IMG/VR virus record: IMGVR_UViG_3300009151_000034
Span: 1-64,000 of that record
From: a virus
DNA length: 64,000 bases
Reading direction: 5' to 3' (one strand)
Positions 19,606-30,053 of the stretch are shown here, piece by piece; position 1 is the stretch's first letter, and the number at the start of each line of letters is the position of its first letter. The position numbers and the translations under genes were made by a program. The notes under the pieces were generated by a model. The model was given only the letters and a program-made list of their open reading frames with translations. It made no database searches and was not told where the DNA came from.

Positions 19606-22600
19606 CTAAAACTTGATGACCAATTTAACTTGTTCTTGTGACGTTGCAGATTTAGTTGCTGGTGCAAAAGCCTCCAAATAAGTTACGGTGCCAGAACTAT
19701 AAACAAGATCGGGGTTAGTAATATTAAGAGAATTCGAACAAAAACCAGTAGCAGATGAAGATAATCCCGTGATAATCGAAGTAGACTCAAAGTTTCCTGT
19801 AACACCATTAAGAACTAGAACAGGATATACCGTAGTAATTGTTCCAGTGATGCTACCACCACTATTTATAGCAGCGGCTGAAACAAAATTTAGAGGGTTG
19901 TTAACGTTTGTTAGTTTTAGATATGTTGTGTTTGCAAAAAGAATTACACCGTTTGTTGCTGATGATGATGTTAAAACAATCGTCTGCCCGTTTGCAAAAG
20001 TTCCTGCGCCTGCTGTATAAAGAATATCTATATCGCTGTTAGTTGAAACGATACGAGCAATTTTATTTGAACCTGTTTGGGAAATATACTCATACTGCTG
20101 GAACGCCCCAGTATTTGAATTGAGTGTAAAACGACCCAACTGGCTGAACCTAGCATAAACATTACCAGAAGCATATGTATTATTGGCAACGCTGATTGTT
20201 GCAACGGTGGCATAGGCATTGACTAACGGATCATAAATTATATCACCAGTATCAAATTTACCAACAACGTTTGTTAATTTCATGACGGTATTTGAAATTG
20301 TCTGAACAACCTTGGCAGATGCACCAGAATTTGTTTCTGATACAATTTCAGAACCACTTCCTGTAGTAAAATATATTACGTTAGCAGTAGTAAATACCAC
20401 ATTGCTAGTTGATGAAATACCGTATGCCTTATTATAAGTGCAGGCAGTCGTCACCCATGTCCCTTGAACATTTTTAAGTTGTAACAAACTACTATTCGAA
20501 AACACACAAACTCCTGATGCGTTTGAGAATTGATTGCTAGTTGCATTAGCGGCATTGATCACGATCTCACCAGGAGTGAATATTGATCCACCAGTAAAAT
20601 TAAGATTCACTCGGTCAAAAGAATTCATGGACACGGTGATATCAGAATATTGTGGGTTTTCGATAATTCCAGCCATACGAAAATTACCATAATAAGGGAA
20701 ACGATATGATTCATTCGCCAGTGTATCGAATGTCATTGATACACCGCAATATCTTCCACCTAGTTCTGTGATAGCATCATAACCATGACCTTTGGTTGGA
20801 CTGATAATGGCATTTGCTACAGCACCAGAACCATATTGATTATTAGCCGTAATAGCAATGTTTGCGGTTGAATAACCAGTTCCGGGGTTTAAGAAAATAA
20901 CCTGAGAAATGTTATTACCAGAACCGACCGCATTGTTTACAACAGCATATGCCTGAGCACCTGTTCCGTCACCAGTAATAGATACCGTTGGCGAAATTAA
21001 ATATTCGGTTAATGAGTTTGGATAAATTGTGGCTGTGGCAATCGTTCCGTTGCCTGTGCTTGTTGGGCTTGTAGCATTGTAAAAAAATACTTTTTGTCCC
21101 GCAGTATATGATGAACCAAAACTAAATGTTGGCGATGATACCGTAATACTTGGGTTGTTTGTGACAGTAGAGATATAAGAAACCTGCTGTGAAGAAAGAC
21201 CATAAGCGTATAACCCTGTTGTCCATGTTCCCGTTGTCGAAAGAACAAGAGTAGAACTATTCGCATATGCAACAATGCCATTCGAGCCTTGATAAACATT
21301 AGCAGAATTGATAAGATTTACTGTTTCACCAACGATATAACTTATACCAGCCAACGCAGAATAATTAATAATAAGTTTTACGCTATTTAAATTTACGTTA
21401 GAAATTGTTCCCGAGACAGATTTTGATAGGACTGATGCTGGTTCGAAAGCGTTTGGAATTAAGTAATGAGCATTTGAAGAATATGTTCCAACAAAAGGAA
21501 TATCGGCAGTAATATGTGATGTATTAACCGCAACGACACGTCTTACGTTTGTGTTAGTTGATATTGAATTGCCTACCCGAATATAATTTCCTACAGCATA
21601 AACAGAACTTGCAACGAAAGAACTTGAAATGACATTGGCATAAACGGTATTATTTAAAGTTGAAACCGTTCCTGTTCCTAAAGTTCCTCCATTATTGGTG
21701 TCCATCACAGGATACCACTGGTTACTTGAATTGTAACCAAATGATGCCGTAGAAGTTCTATTGACAGCAAGGACACTAGAATTTGCAGAAATAATCGTTC
21801 CTATTGCACCCGTTTCGGATTGAACAACAGTTTCGCCAACGTTAAAATATCCCTGAGAATAAACATATGTAACATAATCAATTGGCTGGGTTGCTGAATA
21901 CCCTAGCGCAACACCTGTTGGAAGCGTGATAAATTCGATTAATGAATAATAATTTAATGGCGAATTAAACGTTATAGTTTTATTAAATCCGTTGTATCCA
22001 GTGATTTGTTTTAACTGCCCTGCTCCAAACCCAGATTTTAAATATATTGATGATTTTGTGTAATAATTGTCGCTCCAATTTGATGTGCTTGGTAGCTGAA
22101 TTGAATATGCACTAATCAAATTTTGAATATAATCATTTTCATACACGTTATAACCAGTGCCGCCGTTAGTAATAATCGCAGTATCGATAGTGCTAGGAAC
22201 TGCATTACTCGAAACCGATGAATCAATTGTGACAGGAATAAAAGCATTTGTTGTGAATGCCGCATTTGAAGTAGCATCAATGGTATACATATATTTCCAA
22301 AGATATCCATCACCTGTAGAAAATGTTCCTGATGTAGAAGTAAGCGCCGGTTTTACGGTAGATGGAGCACCATTGTTGTTGTTGAGGACTTTATATACTT
22401 GGTATGCATCTGTCACAACATAAAAAATATTATTTGATGTGCCTGCTATAAATAAATTAGGATCATTTTGGTTATACATAGAATAGACGGTATTGGTTGT
22501 CCAGTTGTATCTAGGAATAAGATTTTTTACACCAGTCGAAGTTATTAATTTACCATACAACAAATCGTTTGAGATCGATTGTTCCATAGTGTTAACATCA

Positions 22601-22776
22601 CCAAGGAACCCAGCATTATACGCAGCAGAATTTGCGCTGTCATCTACTGCGCCTGATGCGTTTGTCCATTGCTGCGGTCTAGCAACAAACATATAATATG
22701 AATTTGTCGAATTTGAAACTCTTTGCACATATGAGGTTGCAAGATCAACATAGTGTTTTATTGTTAAGACTGCCAT
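19606..22776 (-). CDS. gp8: Baseplate wedge subunit, gp8-like (extended)
   Basis: IPRYNW...FYVVTDAYQVYKVLNNNNGAPSTVKP...DGYLWKYMYTI; ISPTKGHGYDAITELG. Confidence 0.85.
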   Translation of the reverse strand: MAVLTIKHYVDLATSYVQRVSNSTNSYYMFVARPQQWTNASGAVDDSANSAAYNAGFLGDVNTMEQSISNDLLYGKLITSTGVKNLIPRYNWTTNTVYSMYNQNDPNLFIAGTSNNIFYVVTDAYQVYKVLNNNNGAPSTVKPALTSTSGTFSTGDGYLWKYMYTIDATSNAAFTTNAFIPVTIDSSVSSNAVPSTIDTAIITNGGTGYNVYENDYIQNLISAYSIQLPSTSNWSDNYYTKSSIYLKSGFGAGQLKQITGYNGFNKTITFNSPLNYYSLIEFITLPTGVALGYSATQPIDYVTYVYSQGYFNVGETVVQSETGAIGTIISANSSVLAVNRTSTASFGYNSSNQWYPVMDTNNGGTLGTGTVSTLNNTVYANVISSSFVASSVYAVGNYIRVGNSISTNTNVRRVVAVNTSHITADIPFVGTYSSNAHYLIPNAFEPASVLSKSVSGTISNVNLNSVKLIINYSALAGISYIVGETVNLINSANVYQGSNGIVAYANSSTLVLSTTGTWTTGLYAYGLSSQQVSYISTVTNNPSITVSSPTFSFGSSYTAGQKVFFYNATSPTSTGNGTIATATIYPNSLTEYLISPTVSITGDGTGAQAYAVVNNAVGSGNNISQVIFLNPGTGYSTANIAITANNQYGSGAVANAIISPTKGHGYDAITELGGRYCGVSMTFDTLANESYRFPYYGNFRMAGIIENPQYSDITVSMNSFDRVNLNFTGGSIFTPGEIVINAANATSNQFSNASGVCVFSNSSLLQLKNVQGTWVTTACTYNKAYGISSTSNVVFTTANVIYFTTGSGSEIVSETNSGASAKVVQTISNTVMKLTNVVGKFDTGDIIYDPLVNAYATVATISVANNTYASGNVYARFSQLGRFTLNSNTGAFQQYEYISQTGSNKIARIVSTNSDIDILYTAGAGTFANGQTIVLTSSSATNGVILFANTTYLKLTNVNNPLNFVSAAAINSGGSITGTITTVYPVLVLNGVTGNFESTSIITGLSSSATGFCSNSLNITNPDLVYSSGTVTYLEAFAPATKSATSQEQVKLVIKF

Positions 22777-22806
22777 TTTTTGCCCATCTACTTTTTTATA
22801 TTTATG

Positions 22807-25209
22807 TTACAAAGTCAAACCGAATTGGACAAGCACATTATTAAATTCATCCAAAAGATAATTAGTGTTTTCGCCTAGCACAGCATAATTTAGGGCGGAA
22901 ACATTATTTTGTGGTGAGTTATGAATAATTCCACTGTTTTGATATACAATAAATTGTTCTTCTGCGGATTGATTAACGGAAAATTGTGATTTGACACCGA
23001 ATTTACCAAAAAGAGCAACGCCAGAAGGATGCACAAGTTCACGGACCAGACTCTCATAAGATGATATCATACGTTGAGCAACTATCTGGTATGAATAATT
23101 TTGATAAAAATTGCTGTCTTGAATATAGTTAACATCGCTTAAAAAACCACGATCATTGGTCCAATATCCAGAACCAATACCATCCAATTCAATCATGGCA
23201 GTTCCTGTAACGACTGTCTGATTGAATGTATTCGTTGATGCAAGAACAACCGTTTCTCTAGAATTATAACCATAACCAGAATCGATAACTTGCACGGCAG
23301 TAACGATACCATTTGCATTGATAGCAGAAGCCGTAACCAAAGCATCATGACCAACGATACCACCAGAACCATCAGGTAATTGTAAGGCTGCTACTTGTGG
23401 TTCGATAATGTCTACATAGGGATCACTAGAATAATCAGTTCCTGGGGTAACACTCGCAATATACGTGATAGTTCCTGCAATAATATTATTTATTGATAAA
23501 GCACTGCCGATTGTCGTATCAAGATTTTGAGTTCCCCCAGAAATAGAAGGAAAATAATTCCAATTAAGACCTCTCGATATGCTAACAATATTACCATATG
23601 CTGATGTGCCTGAATTTATAAGATTACCAGAAGGAATAAAATATCCGTTTGCTTTTCCGTCCGAAAAAGAAACACCAATCGTGTAAGGACCAGTTCCTGA
23701 AATACCACGAATTTGTCCATTACCTAAGATGGTTTGTTTAGCATCAATGTTATTAAGTCGCACGGTGCTAGATGTTGTGCTGCTTATAAGTGTGATCCCT
23801 GATGCGATATTTATATTTGTTAAATTCGTGTCGGTGCCAGTAACCCAGATTAAATTTGGTTCTGATCTATAAACATAAAGACCTGAGATACCCAAAGAAG
23901 AATTTGATAATGTTTCACCGGAATTTACGTTTGTTGTTGATGTGGTAGTTACATATAAAAGAACCGAATTGGTGCTTGAATAAAGTGTGGTGCCAACAAC
24001 AGAAAATGGAACATTATTGTTGCTCATAGTGATAATAAATGTATTTGTGGTTGGTGATGCTATGTCCAAAGTTACATTATAGGCACTTGTAATATAATCA
24101 GTATAAACTTGATACACACTCTGGTTTGTTATTCCACCTACCGAGAAAGAAGCACCAGAGCCACCACCACCAGTTATCGAAGAAATTGATGCAGAACCAC
24201 CAACACTACCTGTTATCGTATCACCAGAAGCAAATGCAGGAGAAGTTGAAAAGTTAATTAATTTAATAACTGACGTATTTGAAAAAATAAGTTGTCCATT
24301 TGCGGTTGTTGAAGAAACTATTATTTTATCATTGTCAATGAAAGTTCCAGTCGAGCCTGTGATGTTAAGAAATAAAACTGGTAATACCGTAATAACTGCA
24401 CTGGTAGAAAATCCAGTGCCACCGCCAACTAAATTAAATGATACTTTTCCGTTTTGGTTAGTAGTTGCAACAACCCTCGCCTTACCACCAACACCACCAC
24501 CAGTAATATTAACTATATCACCAGCATTAAATCCATAACCGCTAGTTTGAAGTGAAACCGATGTTAACGATCCTGTAACATATGGTGCATTACTTATCGT
24601 CAACCCAGGAATATTTTTACAAAGTATTTTATCTCCTGTTTTAAATCTCCCTACAAGCGATGATATATTTACCACGTTAACAATTTTATTATTAACTATT
24701 TTTTGATAAACACTTTCAACAATTGCAGTGGCAGATTCACTTGCACTATAAATCTGGTTTCCTGCTAGTTGAACAAGATAGGAACTGCCAGATACTTCGA
24801 TATATTGAGGAACTACCCATACACCATCCGAAGGTTTTATAATATAGTTCGATGGGATATAAATGTCAATACTTTCACCAAAAAGAATTTGGAAAAGTAG
24901 TTCGTATGCTCTTTGTGTGCCTTTTGTGCGGTAAAGATCAAGAATGTGCTTGACAAGGAGTTGCTTATTGGATATAATAGATTCTGGAAGTGATTGAATA
25001 TAAGTGTTCTTGAAATGTTTGATGAATTGTTGTTCAGTTTGATCAATATCCATATAATCAAGTAATGATCTAGCTGAGTTAATCACATTACCTTCTTGTT
25101 CCATCCATTCATAATATGCCTGCAAGAAAGCAACAAATGTTGATCCTTGGTCACGATAGAATGCAGGAAACTGAGAAGCAATAAATGGACTGATAAATTT
25201 ATCAAGCAT
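22807..25209 (-). CDS. Baseplate wedge initiator, gp7-like
   Basis: SQFPAFYR...FVAFLQAYYEWME; LYRTKGT; IQDSNFYQNYSYQI...VHPSG; lies between gp6 and gp8. Start taken at ATG 25209. Confidence 0.75.
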   Translation of the reverse strand: MLDKFISPFIASQFPAFYRDQGSTFVAFLQAYYEWMEQEGNVINSARSLLDYMDIDQTEQQFIKHFKNTYIQSLPESIISNKQLLVKHILDLYRTKGTQRAYELLFQILFGESIDIYIPSNYIIKPSDGVWVVPQYIEVSGSSYLVQLAGNQIYSASESATAIVESVYQKIVNNKIVNVVNISSLVGRFKTGDKILCKNIPGLTISNAPYVTGSLTSVSLQTSGYGFNAGDIVNITGGGVGGKARVVATTNQNGKVSFNLVGGGTGFSTSAVITVLPVLFLNITGSTGTFIDNDKIIVSSTTANGQLIFSNTSVIKLINFSTSPAFASGDTITGSVGGSASISSITGGGGSGASFSVGGITNQSVYQVYTDYITSAYNVTLDIASPTTNTFIITMSNNNVPFSVVGTTLYSSTNSVLLYVTTTSTTNVNSGETLSNSSLGISGLYVYRSEPNLIWVTGTDTNLTNINIASGITLISSTTSSTVRLNNIDAKQTILGNGQIRGISGTGPYTIGVSFSDGKANGYFIPSGNLINSGTSAYGNIVSISRGLNWNYFPSISGGTQNLDTTIGSALSINNIIAGTITYIASVTPGTDYSSDPYVDIIEPQVAALQLPDGSGGIVGHDALVTASAINANGIVTAVQVIDSGYGYNSRETVVLASTNTFNQTVVTGTAMIELDGIGSGYWTNDRGFLSDVNYIQDSNFYQNYSYQIVAQRMISSYESLVRELVHPSGVALFGKFGVKSQFSVNQSAEEQFIVYQNSGIIHNSPQNNVSALNYAVLGENTNYLLDEFNNVLVQFGLTL

Positions 25210-25210
25210 C

Positions 25211-27013
25211 TTAGACGGTCTCGGTTGTGATGTTGATTCCGGAATCAACATCAATTTCAATTATATCGTTATTGAATGCTGTAACGTTCTCATGTGATGG
25301 CGAAGCATAAAAATTGACACCAGAATTACCAATAAAATCTGCGATGTTTATTTGCGCCAGACTTACAATGCCATTAATATAATCAATGGTTCCACTTTCA
25401 ATATATGTGTTTTGACCAGTAGCACTTATTGTTTTTAAGTAAACTATATTTGATGTGTTATTGATGGTAAGGCCAGATACCGATTGAGTGAATATAAAAT
25501 TTCCTATATTAGGATTATAGTCGGTATAAGAATATTCCACTCCATTAGATAAAAATATACTAGAGAAAAACGATCCAGTTTGTATTGCATTGCTAAAAGA
25601 AACCGAAATACTTCCTGGTGAATTTAACTGGGGTGAGATTATTTTTTTCATAATAGCATAAGTTTGATTACTTGAGATTGATGTATCGGTTGAAGTAATT
25701 GCTGCCATGAAGTCTGATAATCTAAATTCAGTATTAAAATTTTGCAGTTTTGTGTTGTTATATGAAACAATTGTGCTAGAAACCGCAGCCTGAATTCCAG
25801 CCGAAGATAGCGTGGTCTGATTAGGATTGTATTTTACTGTGCTGTATATTTCTAGATATAGATATGTTGGGTTAACAAGTTGTGGTGTTATGCCTAAAAC
25901 ATTTCTTTTAATCAAGAAATTTTGAATATCTGCCTGTTCTGATAATGTAAGATTATACCCTGAGTATGTGGCAGGAACGATAAATGTTGTTCCGAAATTG
26001 ACTGAACCTGTGAGTGTTTCGCCGCCATAAACATGCACATTTTTAATATCAGAGTAGTTTTGAAGTATTAGCTGTTTGTAGTCATTAACCGTAACAGCAC
26101 GTTCTTGAGTCTGATAACTTCTGGGAGCATTATAACGGATTGATTCGATTGATTCTGCATTTGCTCCGCTATAAGAAGTTGTTGCAGTAGTAATAGAATT
26201 TGGTGCAGCAGCAACCACATCAACAAGATTAAAGTTAGTTGAACCATCAGCGTCTGTGCCTGTTGTGTTCATGTAGTTAGCAAACACTGTTGCATTATTT
26301 AATGGGATTCTGCCAAATACACCATCACCAAAAACAATCTCATAAAAATTATTTTGTGTTGCCTGAATGAAGTATACTGCGGATGTGCTATCAAGACCAA
26401 GCAAACTTGTAGCCGCCGTGAATGTGGTTACGTTAGCGCCATTATTTTCTGATACGATAACATTAAGACTATCGGTATCAATTTGTTGGTTTGAAAGAAT
26501 GAAACGCTGATTTTGGATAGTGTTATCAACAACAAACGTATCTGTTAAGTATTTACCTTCATACACCATAAGATTATTGATATTGAAATAACCACCAGAA
26601 GGATAAAGAACTGAGCTTTGACGTGTTACAAATGTGTAACTACCGCTGCCGTTTTGAGCAGCAAATCTTGTGCCTGCCGGAATAGTGAGTGAAGATAAAG
26701 CACCCTGTGGAAATTGACACGATACAATATTGCGCGATGACTTATACGAACGAGGTGTGTAATTTAATGTTTTTGCTAGTGAAACCACACTACTTTGAAG
26801 CTGTGCTGAATCAAGGAACATTTCATTAACAGCCATATTAATATAAAAAGAATTAAGATATGTGTTATAAGAAAGAATGTCTAGCAACACAGACATGTTT
26901 GAACCAGTAAAATCATAGTCAGCAAACTGACTTTGATTCTTTAGGTATGTGGTTAAATCATACTTGATCGTATCAAAATCAAGCGAGACTAGATTTATTG
27001 AATTATTTGCCAT
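25211..27013 (-). CDS. gp6: Baseplate wedge subunit gp6
   Basis: LDFDTIK...DYDFTGSNMSVLLDILSYNT; FGDGVFG; AESIESIRYNAPR...RAVTVNDY. Confidence 0.92.
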   Translation of the reverse strand: MANNSINLVSLDFDTIKYDLTTYLKNQSQFADYDFTGSNMSVLLDILSYNTYLNSFYINMAVNEMFLDSAQLQSSVVSLAKTLNYTPRSYKSSRNIVSCQFPQGALSSLTIPAGTRFAAQNGSGSYTFVTRQSSVLYPSGGYFNINNLMVYEGKYLTDTFVVDNTIQNQRFILSNQQIDTDSLNVIVSENNGANVTTFTAATSLLGLDSTSAVYFIQATQNNFYEIVFGDGVFGRIPLNNATVFANYMNTTGTDADGSTNFNLVDVVAAAPNSITTATTSYSGANAESIESIRYNAPRSYQTQERAVTVNDYKQLILQNYSDIKNVHVYGGETLTGSVNFGTTFIVPATYSGYNLTLSEQADIQNFLIKRNVLGITPQLVNPTYLYLEIYSTVKYNPNQTTLSSAGIQAAVSSTIVSYNNTKLQNFNTEFRLSDFMAAITSTDTSISSNQTYAIMKKIISPQLNSPGSISVSFSNAIQTGSFFSSIFLSNGVEYSYTDYNPNIGNFIFTQSVSGLTINNTSNIVYLKTISATGQNTYIESGTIDYINGIVSLAQINIADFIGNSGVNFYASPSHENVTAFNNDIIEIDVDSGINITTETV

Positions 27014-27435
27014 TATCGTAATCTTGCCAGAATGAGGTTAATTGATTGAATCTGTGATGTATTTATGATAGAATAAGTTATGCTTACAGCCAATGAATCT
27101 TGTAATTGATTAGATTTAACATCGATTTCAATTACACTCACACGAGGTTCATTTTGATTTATTGTTGTGGTGATATGATATTTCAAGTCTTCTTGTGCAA
27201 TAATATCATTAGGTTCAAATAATGTTGCTAGAGTATTACAACCAACATTAGGCTGGAATAATCTTTCTCCGTAATTAGTCAGCACAAGATTTTTTAATGC
27301 CTGTGAAATAGATTTTTCGTTCGTTACTCTGGCAAGCGCACCAGTAATAGGATTTATATCTAAATTATCAAGAAAATCTGAAAATAATACTTGATTGGAT
27401 TTAAGCTGTGTGAAATTATCGGCTCTTGTTGACAT
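27013..27435 (-). CDS. gp25: Baseplate wedge subunit gp25
   Basis: KNLVLTNYGERLFQPNVG...EPRV (GPW_gp25 pattern). Confidence 0.92.
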   Translation of the reverse strand: MSTRADNFTQLKSNQVLFSDFLDNLDINPITGALARVTNEKSISQALKNLVLTNYGERLFQPNVGCNTLATLFEPNDIIAQEDLKYHITTTINQNEPRVSVIEIDVKSNQLQDSLAVSITYSIINTSQIQSINLILARLR

Positions 27436-27443
27436 TTTTATTC

Positions 27444-27716
27444 CTAGCCTGAAAATATAGTTTGTGTGCTACCAGGACTTCCTACATGACCACATGAAGC
27501 CAAATCCCCCACTCTACATACAGGAATACCATTGACACTAAATGTTGCAGAACCAGTTGCCATTACAGCAGAACCATGAGAACCTGATCCGTGTGGGGAT
27601 ACTACATCACCAACTCTCACAACAGGTTTACCATTAATAAAAACATTTGGTGATCCTGTTAAAATCAAACCACCAGCATAATCAACCGTTGCTCTTAATA
27701 CACCCTGTAATGACAT
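27444..27716 (-). CDS. PAAR-repeat spike tip protein (gp5.4-like)
   Basis: GSPNVFINGKPVVRVGD...H...VNGIPVCRVGD...CGH. Confidence 0.9.
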   Translation of the reverse strand: MSLQGVLRATVDYAGGLILTGSPNVFINGKPVVRVGDVVSPHGSGSHGSAVMATGSATFSVNGIPVCRVGDLASCGHVGSPGSTQTIFSG

Positions 27717-27726
27717 ATATTATTCC

Positions 27727-28479
27727 TTATACATACTGATTGATATTAACGCCAGCAGGACCAGTAACATTTACCGTAGTTGCAGCAGTTATACTTGCAG
27801 GACCAAGAGACGTAAAACTTATCAATGCACCATTCAAAGTGATGCCTGTTGGACCAATAGATAATGTTCCAAAAGGCGTGATAACATTAAAAGCAGAACA
27901 TGTAATATTCACTATACCTGTAGACTGAATTTCGACACCACCAATTCCCGTTTTTGATGACCAACCCCTGCCAATAATATCAGTCTTTACTCCACCGACA
28001 TGTGTTACCTGATCGCCAGTAATATCGGCATGTTCATCAAATAACACTGATCTAATATTGAAACCATCTATACTTTCTTCTTTATTTAGTCCTGTGTGTG
28101 TATACTGTGTTCCTGCAACGCCAACGGTATGATTTCCACCAATACCAGAATAACGATTGCCAGCAGTCTGTTCATGAATCGATCCGTCAACGTTTAGATC
28201 ATAAGAGCCATTGACTTTAACATCCTTATGACCATCAATCGTTTCTGAAAATCCATCCTTGTAATAATTATATGCCTTATCTGCAACGGTTTGATTCCAT
28301 TTGCCAGATGAATCGATTTCAATATATGTTCCCATCCGATGAGAAATTTTAAGACTTTCGCTGCCTGGGGTATCATTAATATGTATTTCGTGACCAGAAC
28401 GTGTTATCGTTGCTTGATTATAAGGATATTGAGAAGTAAATATTGAGTCTGGATGTTTCGCATTAAAGTTATCAGACAT
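27727..28479 (-). CDS. gp5 C-terminal beta-helix spike moiety
   Basis: YPYN...TRSGHEIHINDTPGSE...HRMGTYIEI followed by V-x-G octapeptide-like repeats. Confidence 0.85.
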   Translation of the reverse strand: MSDNFNAKHPDSIFTSQYPYNQATITRSGHEIHINDTPGSESLKISHRMGTYIEIDSSGKWNQTVADKAYNYYKDGFSETIDGHKDVKVNGSYDLNVDGSIHEQTAGNRYSGIGGNHTVGVAGTQYTHTGLNKEESIDGFNIRSVLFDEHADITGDQVTHVGGVKTDIIGRGWSSKTGIGGVEIQSTGIVNITCSAFNVITPFGTLSIGPTGITLNGALISFTSLGPASITAATTVNVTGPAGVNINQYV

Positions 28480-28480
28480 T

Positions 28481-30043
28481 TTAGAATAGACCTCCTAGAC
28501 CTATATTCATTTGAGTTTTTTTCATATTTAATAACATTTGTGTGGTGGAAAATTTTGATATCGAAAAATCCACCAAAGGACTTGCAGGAATCGTTCTAGG
28601 TTGCGGTGTATATACTGACGCATAATCTTTTCCATAGCTGATCAATGATGCAGCAGCAAGAGCACCAGCAGCAGCAATAGTAAATCCTACACCAAGAATT
28701 CTTGTGGCAGCAAATGCCTGAGTGATACTAGTAACGGCAGTAAAACCACTAACAAGACCAGTTGGACCTAGCACACCACTAATTATACTAGATTCGAAAT
28801 TTGTAATAAATGCTTTTTGGGCATTGAAAAAAATATGTTGTTGCGAAGAAATATAATTTGGTTCACCATTTCTGGGTATATATGATGCTGCTCCTTTACC
28901 TGTTGGATCAAGGAACATAATATAACCAGGATAAGGATCGGCATTCTGGTAATATTGCTGGACATAACCGTCTGGCGGTTTAATTGAAATTGTTGGAGGA
29001 ACAGGTGTAGAACCTGTAGCAATACTAGCAAGAGGTGCAGTAACGATATTATCGAATAGATTACTTGCGCCATTAACAACACTGCCAATTGCAGAACTGA
29101 CAGCACCAGTAATATTGTTTACGGCATGTAACGTTTCTGCAACAACACCATTGATTGTATCAAAAATTCCCTGATTGAACAAATTCATTCCGCAAACTCT
29201 TATATTTAATGCGTTCAACAAATTGGCTATTTCGGCTATGGAATTTGCAGCACTATTTAGAAGGCCCAATACTTTGAATACACCAAATCGTCTGCATAGT
29301 TCAAGAATAGCATTAGTGAGTGCCTGGACTAATAAATTCTTTAATGCACCAGCGATATTACCTAGAATACCGGCAGCAAGTTGTAAAAGATTTTTCAGAC
29401 TCAAGAACGATAGATTGAGACACGGAATAGATGCATTTCTTGCTAGTGGATCATTGAGTGATTTCAGAGTCATTACGTCTGATTTATTATATTTACTTTC
29501 GTATGCAATCGTAGGAACCTTGGCATTAATCATTCCCTTTTCAATTGCACTGGTAATAACGGTTCCGATATCACTACCAATCGAAATTACCGATGATATT
29601 CCTTGATCGATAAGATTAATGGGTGTTGCACTGCTGTTAAGACCTGATCTCCAATTTTTTGCATTACCACCACTTGATGCAGGAGGAATACTTCCCTTGG
29701 TATTATCGATAGCAGGAGCACCGTTACTGAATTGACCAGGAATAACATCCCCAATTTTTCCCCAGGTTCCTTGGACCATTGGTAGTTGTTTCGAAGGACC
29801 ATCCAACCAAATACCAATAACATTTGATCCCAAAACAAGTCCGACTGGTGCGGTTCCCATTTTACCAACAGCAGCAGAAGTTGCTGGCTGCTGCACGATA
29901 ACCCATGGTAATTTACTTAGCGGAATATTATCCCACATACCACGAATACGAACACGAACACGACCTGATTGATCTGGATCGTTAACGTCAACAACAACCC
30001 CATGCCAGTGATTGTTAAAAAATTCAGAATTAATTTCGGGCAT
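28481..30043 (-). CDS. gp5 N-terminal OB-fold moiety with a long C-terminal extension
   Basis: WHGVVVDVNDPDQSGRVRVRI...LPW...GSNVIGIWLDG...QLPMVQG. Confidence 0.85.
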   Translation of the reverse strand: MPEINSEFFNNHWHGVVVDVNDPDQSGRVRVRIRGMWDNIPLSKLPWVIVQQPATSAAVGKMGTAPVGLVLGSNVIGIWLDGPSKQLPMVQGTWGKIGDVIPGQFSNGAPAIDNTKGSIPPASSGGNAKNWRSGLNSSATPINLIDQGISSVISIGSDIGTVITSAIEKGMINAKVPTIAYESKYNKSDVMTLKSLNDPLARNASIPCLNLSFLSLKNLLQLAAGILGNIAGALKNLLVQALTNAILELCRRFGVFKVLGLLNSAANSIAEIANLLNALNIRVCGMNLFNQGIFDTINGVVAETLHAVNNITGAVSSAIGSVVNGASNLFDNIVTAPLASIATGSTPVPPTISIKPPDGYVQQYYQNADPYPGYIMFLDPTGKGAASYIPRNGEPNYISSQQHIFFNAQKAFITNFESSIISGVLGPTGLVSGFTAVTSITQAFAATRILGVGFTIAAAGALAAASLISYGKDYASVYTPQPRTIPASPLVDFSISKFSTTQMLLNMKKTQMNIGLGGLF

Positions 30044-30053
30044 TTATACCTCT

